Part shown: one piece after another, positions 1-12,066 of the stretch
Layout of the letters: every line of letters begins with the position of its first letter
How positions within the stretch are numbered: the first letter of the stretch is position 1
Assembly (NCBI RefSeq): GCF_006345805.1
Contig: NC_043017.1
Location: 18,290,001 to 18,354,000 of the forward strand
Direction: 5' to 3'
Length of the DNA stretch: 64,000 nucleotides
Origin: Octopus sinensis
Lineage: Eukaryota
Made by a program: the position numbers and the translations under genes
Notes under the pieces: model-generated
Told to the model about the DNA's origin: nothing
What the model saw: the letters and a program-made list of their open reading frames with translations, nothing else
Database searches by the model: none

Positions 1-1152
1 CCAACCCTCATCTGTTTCCAAGCAAGGTAGTGTTTCCCCATAGCAAGACAGGTCTTCTGTGGAAGATTGGAAATGAACAACACTGCTTGTATAATAGGGA
101 TGCTTGTTTACAACCAGCACGTGGGGTCATGACAAGGGGACACACAAACACATGTGACCCTTGGCTATTTTCAGTTCATGTCCACTAAATCCACTCACTA
201 AGCTCTGCTTTGTCTGGGACTACAGGGGAAGATATTTGGCCAAGGTGATACACACTGGAATTGAACCTAAAACCAGGCAGTTTTGAAGCAAGCTTTTTAA
301 CCATACAGCCATGCCTGCACCCCCAAATGTGTATGTGTGTGTTTGTACATGTTTGTGTTCATGTGTATGTGTATATATTTGTGTGTGTGTGTCTGCTTGT
401 CTGCATATTGTTTGTGTATTTTTGTGTGCATTTGTATGTGTGTGTGTGTGTGTGTGTGTGTGAGTGCATGCATGTGAGTGTCTCTCCTTGTCTTGTCATC
501 TCACACTAATTGTTGGAAAACATCACCATCATACAAGCAGCAGCATCTGTTTGCAATCTGCAAAGAAAACATGTCTATCCCTTGTGCTTTTCGTGTTTGA
601 AGGACTGGGGAGGAAAAAAAGTCCCTTTAATTGAAAACAAGCGAGGATTGATGACAAGAAACACATCCTCAATGAATTTCACCTGACCAATGCAAACATA
701 AAAAAAAAAGGATTTAAACAGTGATGATGATGATGATGATGATAACTAGAAATACTTATGTAATGAGACATCTACCTAAATACACTGACAAGTGGAGGCA
801 AATTAGTTGTAACTCATATTTAATATTAGGTCAGTCTGGGGAGTAGACAAATAGTTGAGTTAGTGTTAATCTATTTAACAATGGGCAACCACAAACAATG
901 ATGTGGTGAAAGAGAGAAAGAGACAGCCATCAGGTAGATAAATGGAAGTTAGGTGGGGAGAGAAATAATTTAAGTAGGCTTCCATTAACATACTTGATAA
1001 ATGGGGCATTACGTATTGAATTAGGAAAATACCTGCGGGTGGGAAAAAAGACAATAATTCCTATATCACTCCCTTACAAATATAGTGTACATCTATAAAT
1101 ACACACACACACATTATACATATATATACACATACATACACACACACATATA

Positions 1153-1237
<85 letters not shown>

Positions 1238-1339
1238 TATATATATAAATATAAGGGTAGCAAAAAATTCTAGAAAAAAATTCTCCGCTACCAGCGGTCT
1301 AGTGAGAAAGAGAAGATAGTCAAAGACTATATAATATAC

Positions 1340-1521
1340 ATTCAACAATATAAGGAATGGCCCTAATAGGCCATGAAACTATGCATAGTCCAGAGATGAA
1401 AAGGGTAAATGTTTTTATTTCTCTTTCAATTTCAGAATTACAACTATTTAGCGGTTTGAGTTTGGCTGCTCTTTCTAGTGAGTCGAATGGCCTATTAGGG
1501 CCATTCCTTATATTGTTGAAT
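1340..1521. repeat. Perfect 35-bp inverted repeat with 112-bp spacer
   Basis: ATTCAACAATATAAGGAATGGCCCTAATAGGCCAT (1340-1374) is the exact reverse complement of 1487-1521; (TA)n tracts lie on both sides. Confidence 0.9.
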
Positions 1522-1984
1522 ATATATATATATATCATCATCATCATTGTTTAACGTCCGTTTTCCATGCTAGCACGGGTGCGACGGTTCAACATCTATA
1601 GGAATGTTTCTTTTCCATCCCCTCAATGGAATGCATTAAAAACTATTGGTATTCATCAACAAATAATCTTCTAGTTCTTCATTTTCACAGACAAGTGGAA
1701 TAAAATTTGTCATTACTTGAAAAACATAGGCAAGAGTTCATGATAGAAATGGCATTTGGTAGTAAAACAATGTTTTGCATGTAGTCATCACACCCAGGGT
1801 TACATGGAAAAACTTCCTCCTTCAAACACCAAACCACCCTAGTTCTAGACAAACCCCTTCAATTCTCCTGATGGCCCCATTTAAATACCAGATCACCCTG
1901 GTTCTAGATAAGCTCCCTTGTTTTTCCAGACAGCCCCCTTCAAACACCAAGCCATCCTGGTTCCACAAAAACCAATCAACTCAC

Positions 1985-2104
1985 CTGATTCTTCAAACTT
2001 CCCACTTCAAACATCAAATCATCGATTTTCTTCTCATAATTTTGAATTTGGTTTTGAATTTTACCATCTTCGTCTGATCCATCTGAATTGGTGTCTTTTA
2101 CAAT
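1985..2104 (-). CDS. ODF2: ODF2/cenexin-like coding exon (phase 0/0, 40 codons)
   Basis: Acceptor tctgtttctctgcag, donor cag|gtgagt. Translates IVKDTNSDGSDEDGKIQNQIQNYEKKIDDLMFEVGSLKNQ, matching the vertebrate ODF2 segment NRYDKKIDSLMNAVGCLKSE as I recall it. Confidence 0.85.
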
Positions 2105-2304
2105 CTGCAGAGAAACAGATGGAAGTAGAGTGTCAAACATAAAACTATGAGGCATTTCAGTGTATCACCTTGTTCCGAGTTCAAATCCCACCCATGTCTT
2201 CTCTGCCTTTTAACTTCCAAAGACCAATAAGAAAATAACTAAGAGCAGGCGTGGCTGTGTGGCAAGAAGTTTGCTTCCCAACCACATGGCTTCAGGTTCA
2301 GTCC

Positions 2305-2890
2305 TATGCGGTTTATAGAAGACATTTGCGAATATCCTGGAAAAGAACATGAAACCAACGGAGAAGAGTTAAGAATGGTAAAAACTAAGGAAATTTTATT
2401 GGAAGGAATCAAAGAGAGACAGTGAAATATTTTGGATACTTTTGTATGCTTTGCATGGGTTGGACAGGATTTATCGAGGGAAATTTTCTGTACCTGGGTG
2501 CCTTTCCTGTCACCAGCCCTTACCTGCTTCTTCTAAGTAAGATAACATTTCTCTAGGGTCAGACATTTTCACAGAATATTTGAAATGAACGACACTGCTT
2601 GTACGACAGTGATACTCGTTTACAGCAATCACGTGATGTCAAGACAAGGACACACACACACGACAGTTAAAAAGCAAATGGGTTCAAGAGGGTCAACAAG
2701 TTGGCAATATGAATAAAGAAAGAGGAAAAGGGGAGACCAAAAATTGTGGGGTTGAATAATATCAGGAATTGAACAGAATTGAAGATATAAGAAAGCACAG
2801 TAAACATGGAGAGTACAAGAAAGACTGAGATGGTAATCCTGGGTATTGAACCTGCTGAGAGGAGACATAATGCCCGGTGATGATGATTGT
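2305..2890 (+). mobile_element. Decayed RTE-type LINE C-terminus, interrupted by another repeat (~2440-2665)
   Basis: Broken frames give YRRHLRISW, ELRMVKTKEILLEGIKERQ and GKGRPKIVGLNNIRN; ends in a (TGA)n tail. Confidence 0.7.
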
Positions 2891-4216
2891 TGAGGTAAAA
2901 CATCACCATCGACACTATAAGCACAACCAACAACACAACCACTACCCCAACAAATATCACCTTCCCCTACCCACAACTGTCAACTCCCCCACCAACACCT
3001 TATCATTCCAATCAATTCCCCTCCCCCACATACACACTGCTACCACCTTGCAACTATAAAATATAGAATAAAAATGAAAAAAAGAAACCAACATAAGTCA
3101 CGAAATTTTAATGTTAACTCTGGAGGCCATTCATCGGTTGTGATCAATGTTTGTGGTGGTGGGCATGGCTGGGAGTAGATTCACACACAGTAAGTGCATC
3201 GTACTAAAGTACATGTGACACTGGTGATCAGCTGAATGTCACGGCAGGAGATTAAATGAACGACATACCTCTGAATGAATGAGTGAGCAGTAATGATCCA
3301 GTAGAAATCTGATCAAAGATGCTCCAGCTGTGACCATCTCGTCAACTTTTATTTAGAAGGGGATTTTATTCTACCGGTTCTGATAAAATAATAAACAAAG
3401 TTGACCTCAGCAAGATTTGAAGTCAGAACATGAAAAATGCCACAAGGAATTTAATGCAACTCTGACAATCTGCTGCCTAAATAATAATAAACCTTTCTAC
3501 TCTAGGCTCAAGGTCTGGAATTCATAGGGAAGGGATAGTCGATCACATTGATCCCCAGTACCTAACTGATATTTAATTCGTCAGACAATTTATTTATGCC
3601 TGATTTACACGAATTCTCATGAAAAATAAATAAATAAAAAAGACTTTCGTTCACTTTTTGGTGGTCATAGCCAAGGGCTACGTTAACAGTTGACTTATTT
3701 ACCTACCCTTGTTGTTATTGCCCCCCCCCCTCCCGTTTTCATTTTTATTTACTTTTTTAAACGCCCTAAACTGAAAGATTACCGTATTTAATAAGGAAAA
3801 TATAACAGTGGGACCCATAATGTACAGTAGTGCCACACAACAACGACGACAACAACGAACGTATTCCATTAACAGGACTAACCTGGTGTTAAACAACAAC
3901 CACAACATTGGAAGAGACATTAGATAATGTAGTCCTAGATACACTAGATCTGAATAAAAAACGCGAAGGTCACCGATGGAACAACTTTGATAATAGGTCA
4001 ACTGGATCAGAAGCGGCCTAGTGCTAAGCAACATAGAAATACTATGTTTGAATAAGACATGGTCACCGATGGAACGTCTTTGATCATATGTCAGCTGGAT
4101 CAGGACTGACCTGGGGCTATACAACAAGGAAGGATACACGAGACAATGTAGTCCCAGATACATTATGCCTGAATAAATGACGGGATGTTACAGCCGGACT
4201 TCTTTTGATCATCGAT

Positions 4217-4342
4217 CGGATCTTTTAAACCCTAACCCTAAAACAGATTGAAATGCAATAGATCGATACTAGTGTCATAATTGTGGGTGACAATTTCATA
4301 TGACACCGCTAGAAAAACTGCCGTTCAAACCGAAAAGATCCC
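4217..4342. mobile_element. Internally deleted MITE with 6-bp TSD
   Basis: Ends cGGATCTTTT ... AAAAGATCCC; ATCGAT duplicated at 4211-4216 and 4343-4348; internal ccctaaccctaa. Confidence 0.7.
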
Positions 4343-4659
4343 ATCGATCTGCTGTATCAGGCCAGACCTGGGGTTCAAGAACACCCCCAAGACTTCCTTA
4401 CTATTCTGTTGTGTCCCAAGAACTTACCTTTCAAGTCGTTAATTTCTTGACACAAAACTAAATCAGTAAGCTCAGGTTTTACTGACAACAAAACGGCAGA
4501 CGTTGACATAATTCAACTTAAGCGTTTTAGGTTGCACACAAACACACACAAACAGATATACGCAGAATACATAAACATGCATACACATATTATAACACGC
4601 ACACAAAATACACACACAATGTGTATAATGTACACACAAACAGTAATGTATTTATATAT

Positions 4660-5116
4660 GTCTGCGAAATATCTCAATATCTGCAAGATATCGAATGTCA
4701 ACATTTTAGAAAAATGTGATATCTCTAGAATCAAAAGAATTGCTGTTGAGAAATCAGTGCAAATGGAGAGGATATGTACGAATGCAAGACGATGGCATTC
4801 CGAATTCTTTTGTATGGCCAACAAGTAGAGAGATTCCGCGGTAAAGGAAGACCCAAGTTGAAACAACCACTAAAATCCCTACAGTTTTATTTAACATCTT
4901 GAGAAAGCTATTACCTAGATTGATCAGAGTGGTATAAAATGTGTCATGACGCGTCTAAACAATTTGAGTTGAAGAAACAGAACGATGAAAGAATTATGCC
5001 CTGCAATCAAGATACACAAGTCCAATCCCAGGCAGAATGAAAATCACCATTGTCCTCATTGTGACTTAATAGTAAAATCCATACTCAAATTACAATCACG
5101 TATCCATCGCAAATAA
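4660..5116 (+). mobile_element. RTE LINE ORF2 3' fragment with terminal zinc knuckle
   Basis: Frameshifted ISNVNILEKCDIS / ELLLRNQCKWRGYVRMQDDGIP / YGQQVERFRGKGRPKL / EWYKMCHDASKQFE / CPHCDLIVKSILKLQSRIHRK*. Confidence 0.8.
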
Positions 5117-5194
5117 ATGCAGTTTCTTTTATTTTTAATCCTTTCCTACAAAGACTCATACGCCGAAATCGACGGGAGTGACCATCATATATTA

Positions 5195-5500
5195 CTTATG
5201 GAAGCACTCCGTCGGTTACGACGATGAGGGTTCCGGTTGATCCGAATCAACGGAACAGCCTGCTCGTGAAATTAACGTGTAAGTGGCTGAGCACTCCACA
5301 GACACGTGCACCCTTAACGTAGTTCTCGGGGATATTCAGCGTGACACAGAGAGTGACAAGGCCGGCCCTTTGAAATACAGGTACAACAGAAACAGGAAGA
5401 AAGAGTGAAAGTTGTGGTGAAAGAGTACAGCAGGGATCACCACCATCCCCTGCCGGAGCCTCGTGGAGCTTTTAGGTGTTTTCGCTCAATAAACACTCAC
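5195..5500 (-). mobile_element. tRNA-head SINE variant: shares its central segment with the 19857 family but has a different tail
   Basis: gagtacagcagggatcaccaccatcccctgccggagcctcgtggagc is shared with copies at 19857, 42070, 54052 and 61561; 5195-5390 is unrelated to their tails. Confidence 0.7.
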
Positions 5501-5539
5501 ATATATTACTATTAAGGTTACAACTGACTACATATTTCG

Positions 5540-6030
5540 TTCATTGAAATTTCATTGTATTGGGGAGAGGGACAATCCAAATAAAGAGTATCTCTATAGA
5601 GTCGGAAATTATTTAATGCGCCAAATCACATGATTTCTTCGACTGAATGTTTTTAAAGCATAGTACATTACGTTTAGGGGGCTGGCGTACCTACTGGACA
5701 CTGACGAATAGTGATAATACTTTCATTTTCATTTTATGATCACAAAACGAGAAAATACTCAAAATAATTATAACAGAGTTCTAGGAAATGTATGTTAGCG
5801 GCATATCAATAGCAAATTCGGTCGATTGAAGCCATATCTGACGAAAATGATATTTATAGAGATGTGAAGTCATTTACAGAATTTCATTGATTCCCATGAT
5901 GAGAAAATAGTTATATTATTGAAGGGGGTGGCCATGGATGTAAGGTAAAATGCGGAGACAGTGAGGAACAAGCAATGTTTTGATCGCATTTTATCCCCAT
6001 GGACATGCGTGGAGAACGACGTTGTAGGTA
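5540..6030 (+). mobile_element. Possible MULE transposase remnant
   Basis: RVLGNVC*RHINSKFGRLKPYL resembles the MULE GNxTNNRxESxxxxLK motif; heavily broken. Confidence 0.35.
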
Positions 6031-6599
6031 GTAGGAATATACATATGCTAATTTAATTTGTTGTATAAATGAATTTTGCAAAGGCGATCCTCGAGTTTAC
6101 AACATCACTTTCACTAAGAAAAAAAAAAAAAAAAGAAAGTGCAACAATGTTATTGCATTAATCTTTCACCGGGGTCATAATGTTTTTTCCTCGACTTTCT
6201 CAACCAGTTTTTACTTTTATTGACCTCAATTTCCTTACCCTCAATTACGATGGATCTGTCTTCAATCTTTTGGTACTTTTAAATGAAGAAAATAAAATCT
6301 TGTAAAATTTGCGCCAAATTTATTATGGTTCATCTTAATTGTTGATGTTACTTCGTTAGTTGCCCTAGTGTATTAGTGTTGTTATTAAGATGGAAGAGAA
6401 ATTTCTCCCCAGAAACAGCTAACTTTCAATACTTCATACAGTCCAATATTTAATGATTAGAACATTTTTTATTTTACATTTAAAAAAATATTTTGTATCT
6501 TAAATATAAATTTCGTTCATCTATTGAAAACGTTTGAAAAACTGAAATGCAAATTGGAAATAGAATAAGAAACAATATCTAAAAAGTCCGCTTCATGGT

Positions 6600-6950
6600 T
6601 CTAGTGTACAAAATGGAAAAAGCGTTCGTCGGAGGATGGCAGGAGAAATGCGCTGATACAGCCAATCTAATTAACGGGATCGCACTTGCCAACAAGCCAT
6701 CTCTGCCCCAAGGTGGGGTGAGCAGAGAATTGTGGTGCGGGGGCTGCGATCGCCAAAGGTCTTCACTACCAAAAGCTTGACCAATAAACTTGTCAGAGGC
6801 GACCGATACTTTGATAGTTTACCTTCCTTAGCCTGACGAGCAGTGGAGCCTGAGTTAACGACTGAACACACCAAGTTGGCGCTGGAGAAAGCGTCACAAC
6901 ATGTGGTAGCCCAGATGAGGGGCCGACCATCACGGAACGGGAAAAATTTC
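6600..6950 (-). mobile_element. CRE-like non-LTR retrotransposon restriction-like endonuclease fragment
   Basis: PFRDGRPLIWATTCCDAFSSANL..GSTARQAKEGKLSKY..VKTFG matches the PW/PF..G..LIWDATC.D..GSAA..AE..K..KY..VET.G pattern. Confidence 0.6.
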
Positions 6951-7129
6951 AACCTCGACTGTATTTGAACTCAAAATGTGAAACCAGAAAAAATGCTGCT
7001 CTGCTCAGCATTTTGTTTGGCAAGCTAACGATTCTGTCAACTCGCTGCCTTTTTCACATCATATAAATGTTTGAATGAGTTAACAGTTTTTGTGTCTCTG
7101 AAGGACTAACGTGTGCCTTCCACGTTGAA

Positions 7130-7480
7130 TTTTAGCTTAGCTGATGTTTATGCAACCAACCTACAACTGACCGAATCGTCTTTTAGCTTCCATGATTTTT
7201 GGTCTCTAAATCTATCCAGCTTTTAACTTTGAAGTTACACATAGTTAATCGTTACAACGATATCCTATTCCCTGATAATATAATCGTCAATCTGACTTGT
7301 ATGTCCACCTGCAGAGACATAGCTAGATTGTGTCCAGTCCAGGACAGTCCTCAATTTTGCATTTCACTATCAGCAACTCAAGGCCCACAAAACTATACAG
7401 CAGACCCTGAAATTCCATATTCATTAAAATATCGCTTGCACCCTGCTATTTCCCTACCCGATTCGTAAATGATGAAGTGC
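7130..7480 (-). mobile_element. RTE apurinic endonuclease fragment
   Basis: Minus strand gives SYVSAGGHTSQIDDYIIRE (RTE ITYxSGGHTSQIDYIL motif). Confidence 0.7.
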
Positions 7481-7921
7481 AAGACTGATTTCTTAAGATT
7501 TATATTGCACACAGGTCATTCACTTCTCATTTCTCCTACCACAGAAAAAAGCAAAAAACAAAACAAAAAAAAAAAAAAACCTCTTGGTATTCATTAAAAT
7601 ACCCAGCTGTTATAATAAAGTCACTGCTAACCGTCATCGATGTGGTATATAGGTGTGCGATAGGGTCGCATTAAAGTAGTCCTTCTGACCACCAACTTGT
7701 CCTGACTGTGGTTCTTCATAGACAAAGATAAATGTTGCTGTCAAATTGTCATTAACAGGTCTAAACATGATATTCTCAGTTAAAAATACGTCTATGCCAC
7801 CTACGGCGATGATGAGGATTTTGTGCGTGTGTGTACATGTATATCCGTATATCTATGTCTGTACAAAGTGCGTATGTATATGCATGTACAAATGTATGTG
7901 TATATGTACTATGTGTGTGTG

Positions 7922-7958
<37 letters not shown>

Positions 7959-8207
7959 GTACAATGTGCATGTGTATATGTATATAGAACGTGTGCCAGC
8001 GTTTGAATGTCTACAGTTAATTCAAGTATTGTATTGAATCTAATCACACCTCATGCTCTTTCATAGAAGTAGATTACAGTCAACATACATTTGATCTTTT
8101 ATATACATATGTATTATTAAAAAGCAGCAACTACATGTATATCTATTCACTGCCCACTGTGGTCTCCCTACAAAAAACAAGGCATAATGGGGGTCGATGC
8201 ACCACAG

Positions 8208-8740
8208 AGATCATCATCATCATCATCATCATCGTTTAACGTCCGCTTTCCATGCTAGCATGGGTTGGACGATTTGACTGAGGGTTGGCGAACCAGATGG
8301 CTGCACCAGGCTCCAGTCTTGATCTGGCAGAGTTTCTACAGCTGGATGCCCTTCCTAATGCCAACCACTGCAAGAGTGTAGTGGGTGATTTTACGTGCCA
8401 CCGGCATGGGGCCAATCAGGCAGTACTGGCAACGACCTCGCTTAAATCTTTTTACACATGCCACCGACACAGGTGCCAGTAAGGTGACGCTGGTAACGAT
8501 CACGCTCGAATGGTGCCTTTTACGTGCCACCAGCACGGAAGCCAGTTAGCCACTCTGGCAATGATCACACTTGTATGGTGCTCTTAGCACCCTACTAGCA
8601 TGGGGCACAAGTGCCAGTAAGGCGACGCTGGTAACGATCACACTCGAATGGTGTCTTATGTGCCACTGGTACGGAAGCCGGTTAGCCGCTCTGTCAACGA
8701 TCACACTTGTATGGGTCTCTTTGCACCCTGCTAAAAATAA
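8208..8740 (-). mobile_element. RTE LINE 3'UTR with internal tandem units and (GAT)n tail
   Basis: catcatcatcgtttaacgtccgctttccatgctagcatggg; the same sequence follows the RT coding region in the 45130-46268 copy. Confidence 0.85.
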
Positions 8741-8789
8741 ATGGCATAATGGTACTTGGTTACTGGGCTCGACTTAAACAACTGAAACT

Positions 8790-8945
8790 ATTCTCTGCAA
8801 CGTCGCTGTGAGCAATACATTATTTGCCCTATGTGGAAATAATATTTATCTCCAACCAGATAGAGTACTTTTTGTTGTTGATCTTACTATCATGCAACAG
8901 TACATTGACCATAACAGCATTAAAATATTTGCAGATGACTCTAAG
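8790..8945 (+). mobile_element. LINE reverse transcriptase fragment (CR1/L2-like)
   Basis: SIKIFADDSKL catalytic motif. Confidence 0.5.
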
Positions 8946-8949
8946 CTAA

Positions 8950-9225
8950 GCCTTGTGAGTGGATTTGGTAGACGGAAACTGAAAGAAGCCCGTCGTATAT
9001 ATGTATGTGCGTGTATGTTTGTGTGTCTATGTTTGTCCCCCTAGCATTGCTTGACAACTGATGCTGGTGTGTTTATGTCCCCGTCACTTAGCGGTTCGGC
9101 AAAAGAGACTGATAGAATAAGTACTGGGCTTACAAAGAATAAGTCCTGGGGTCGAGTTGCTCAATTAAAGGCGGTGCTCCAGCATGGCCGCAGTCAAAAT
9201 GACTGAAACAAGTAAAAAGAAAAAA
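8950..9225 (+). mobile_element. 5'-truncated copy of the abundant SINE (CORE-like segment, microsatellite, Meta-like segment)
   Basis: gccttgtgagtggatttggtagacggaaactgaaagaagcccg...gactgaaacaagtaaaa; related copies near 15260, 17560, 20470, 23060, 28440, 40070 and 53660. Confidence 0.85.
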
Positions 9226-9577
9226 AAAGAAAAAGAAGGGAGCATATGATCGAACGATGCTTCAATCAGACTCAAGAATTGTGTGCAATAGGACTAAACC
9301 CGAATTAATGGGGATGAGAAACAATCTACTTAGCAACACATGCGTGCGCGCGAGTGCTTAAATGAAAGAAAGTGACACTCAAAGTTTTGAGAGGGTTGAG
9401 TCAGATTTGACTGCTATCTCTAGCAGGTGGTGCAGCCACAAAGAGGTAAGATAAGGTTTGAAGGTGATTTGGCTGCTATTTCTAGCAGACTTTTTTTTTT
9501 ACCATGTAGAGGCAGTGATTGTTGTTGGTTCAATTTCCACAGCCGTCAGTATCTTTAAAGGTAACAAAGACACTTAC

Positions 9578-9712
9578 CTGTGTTATATATTTACTGCCCT
9601 TTGATGTTTTTGCTGGGGGTGGAATAAATGGGGCTCGCAGCTGAGTAAAAACAGGCTTCTTGGATTTTAATCTTCTGTTCCGGTAATTTCCAGAATCAAA
9701 TTGACGGCTGAT
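9578..9712 (-). CDS. ODF2: ODF2/cenexin-like coding exon (phase 0/0, 45 codons)
   Basis: Acceptor poly-T ttttgtag, donor cag|gtaagt. Translates ISRQFDSGNYRNRRLKSKKPVFTQLRAPFIPPPAKTSKGSKYITQ; RAPFIPPPAKTS resembles ODF2 KVPWMPPGKSS; in phase with exon 1985-2104. Confidence 0.8.
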
Positions 9713-10476
9713 CTACAAAACAAAAAAAAAAAAACAAAAAAAAAATCCATTTTGAGAGAAGATTCTAAGCAAAATCTGGTTGGTTTTGAAATCTTAAAGT
9801 TTTGTTTTCCTTAGTAAGGGAGAATCACTGAGAGGCATAAGTGTTCTTGTGAAGATTAAAAGAGGATGCGAAGGGAGGTGGGAGGGTGAAAGAGGGATGC
9901 ACAGTGACAGAGATGGAGGTGAGAAATATGTAAGGAATGAGTAGATTTCCTGTCAGAAATTTTCTGGGAATTATGTTGAAATTTTTTTCATTCTTCCTAT
10001 TGCTGTGTGGATAAAATGCTCGCTTACCAACCATGTGGTTTCAGGTTCAGTCCCATTGTGTGGCATCTTGGACAAGTGTCTTTTACTATAGTTCGGGCAG
10101 GAATCTTCAGAAATTCTGGGTTGGTGTCCAGCATGCTCTCAGCTTTTGTTAAATCAGGTCTCTAAAGCTCGCTTCAACTGATCCTCCTGTATTTTCTTTT
10201 ACTCAATGCCAGGAACTTTCCAGCACCTCCTTATATATGTACTGGTGTGTGTGTCTGTGTGTATGTATATGTGGTTGACATTAGGAAGGGAATCCAGTTG
10301 TAGAAACCTTGCCAAATCAGATCGAAGCCTGGTTTCTGTCTACCAAATCCACTCACAAGGATTTGGTCAGCCTGAGGCTATAGTAGAAGACACTTGCCAA
10401 AGGTGCCATGCAGTGGGACTGAACCCAGAGCCATGTTGTTCGTAAGCAAGCTACTTACCACACATCCACTCCTACG

Positions 10477-10519
<43 letters not shown>

Positions 10520-11501
10520 AAATATACATCATTCAAATATAATATACCACAAGAGCTCACAACCATGCTCCAGTATGGCCAGCCACCAAAATAACTAAAG
10601 GTGTAAAGGGAGTGAAGAGAATGAGTAACAATCATTGTTAGAGTGTGTGTGTATGTGTACAGTTGTGTGTGTGCCGTGTGTCTGTATGAGTTTGAGTGTG
10701 TGTATGTAGGTGAGTGTGTAGATGAGAGTGTGTTTGTGTGAAAAGATGTGTGTGTATAGGTGTGTGTGTGTGTGTGTGGAAAGGTGTGTATGTGTGTATA
10801 AAAAGGTGTGTGCATGTGTATGTATGGGAAAGTGGAAGGAAAAGGAAGGTGGGGGGCAACAGAGGTGTGTCAAGATATCTAATAATGTCATGTGATCTCT
10901 TGCTCCCCCCTCTCCCCCCACAGCCCCCGCTTACTTGAATTGTAAGCAAACATTCATAAAACTGGAAATAATTATGTCTACTCTAGGTACAAGGCTTTGA
11001 AAACTTTTGGGGGTGAAGGGGAGTAGTTGATTACATCAACACCACCAGAGCATAACTGGTACTTCTTTCACTGACACTGAAAGAATGTAAAGCAAAGTTG
11101 ACCTCAGTGGAATTTGAACTCAGAACATAGTGGTAGATGAAGTACTGCTAAACATTTCAGCTAGTGTGCTAATGATTCTGCCAGGTTGTCCCCTTAGAAC
11201 TGGAAATCATCCTTTCTACTATAGGCACAAGGCCTGGAATTGGGCGTTTTATATGAGGTCTGATTTGGCAAGGTTTTTAAAGCTGGACGCCCTTCTCAAT
11301 AATAATCATAAGTGTAATGTTACAGAAATTCTCTTATGTTTCTATTGTGATGTGATCCCGTTTATCAAGTTTACTTTGTTTACTTATATATAGAAAGAAA
11401 AAATCAAACGTTTACTCTGGAAAAAATTTTTTCTGAATTCACGAAGATAAACAAAGGTAAAAATAGAAAAGCAAGAGAAAGAGAGAGAGAGAGAGACTGA
11501 C

Positions 11502-11622
11502 CTCAGACAACTTCAAACTTCTTGATCTTTCATGAAGAGGGACAGGTGTGGATCGCCTCATTGTTGTTATTTGAGTCGGTGAAGTATATTTGCGGCTCTT
11601 TTCTATCATGATGACAACAAAT
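11502..11622 (-). CDS. ODF2: Probable first coding exon of the ODF2-like gene
   Basis: Acceptor tatttcacag, donor gag|gtcagt. The only open frame, FVVIMIEKSRKYTSPTQITTMRRSTPVPLHERSRSLKLSE, contains two Met and ends in phase 0, joining 9712 in frame. Confidence 0.65.
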
Positions 11623-11963
11623 CTGTGAAATAACAACAACACAATAAAATTTGTAAAAAGCATGCTTGACTTCAAAGCCTAAGCCCATGACCTAACATGA
11701 AACATTCGTTTGACCAAAGTATGCACTTCTTAATGACTGAAGCGTTAGGTGTAGTTAAAGCATGAACACAAAAGAAACCAATACAAATATCTGTGTGTTT
11801 GCATGCAAGTACATAATATATATGTATGTGCGTGTATGTATATATATGTATATAAATATATGTATGTATGTGTCTATATATATATATATGTATGTGTGTG
11901 GTGTCTATATATATATATATATAATATATATATATATATATAATATATATGTATGTATGTGTC

Positions 11964-11996
<33 letters not shown>

Positions 11997-12066
11997 CTAT
12001 ATATATATATATAATATATGTATGTGTGTCTATATATAATATATGTATGTGTGTCTATATATATAT

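Noticed and set aside
2667-2960. Hydrophobic 97-aa ORF resembling a membrane protein
   Set aside because: Antisense of a purine-rich RTE C-terminal fragment
4229-4242. Telomeric repeat ccctaaccctaa
   Set aside because: Only two units, and internal to a MITE
5051-5116. C2H2-like motif as a member of the octopus zinc-finger expansion (also 53321-53386)
   Set aside because: Both are the terminal zinc knuckle of RTE ORF2, followed by RTE 3' ends
6239-6275. 37-nt minus-strand micro-exon (YQKIEDRSIVIE) as a missing ODF2 exon
   Set aside because: Splice sites are plausible, but it ends in phase 1 with no compensating exon found and no ODF2 similarity
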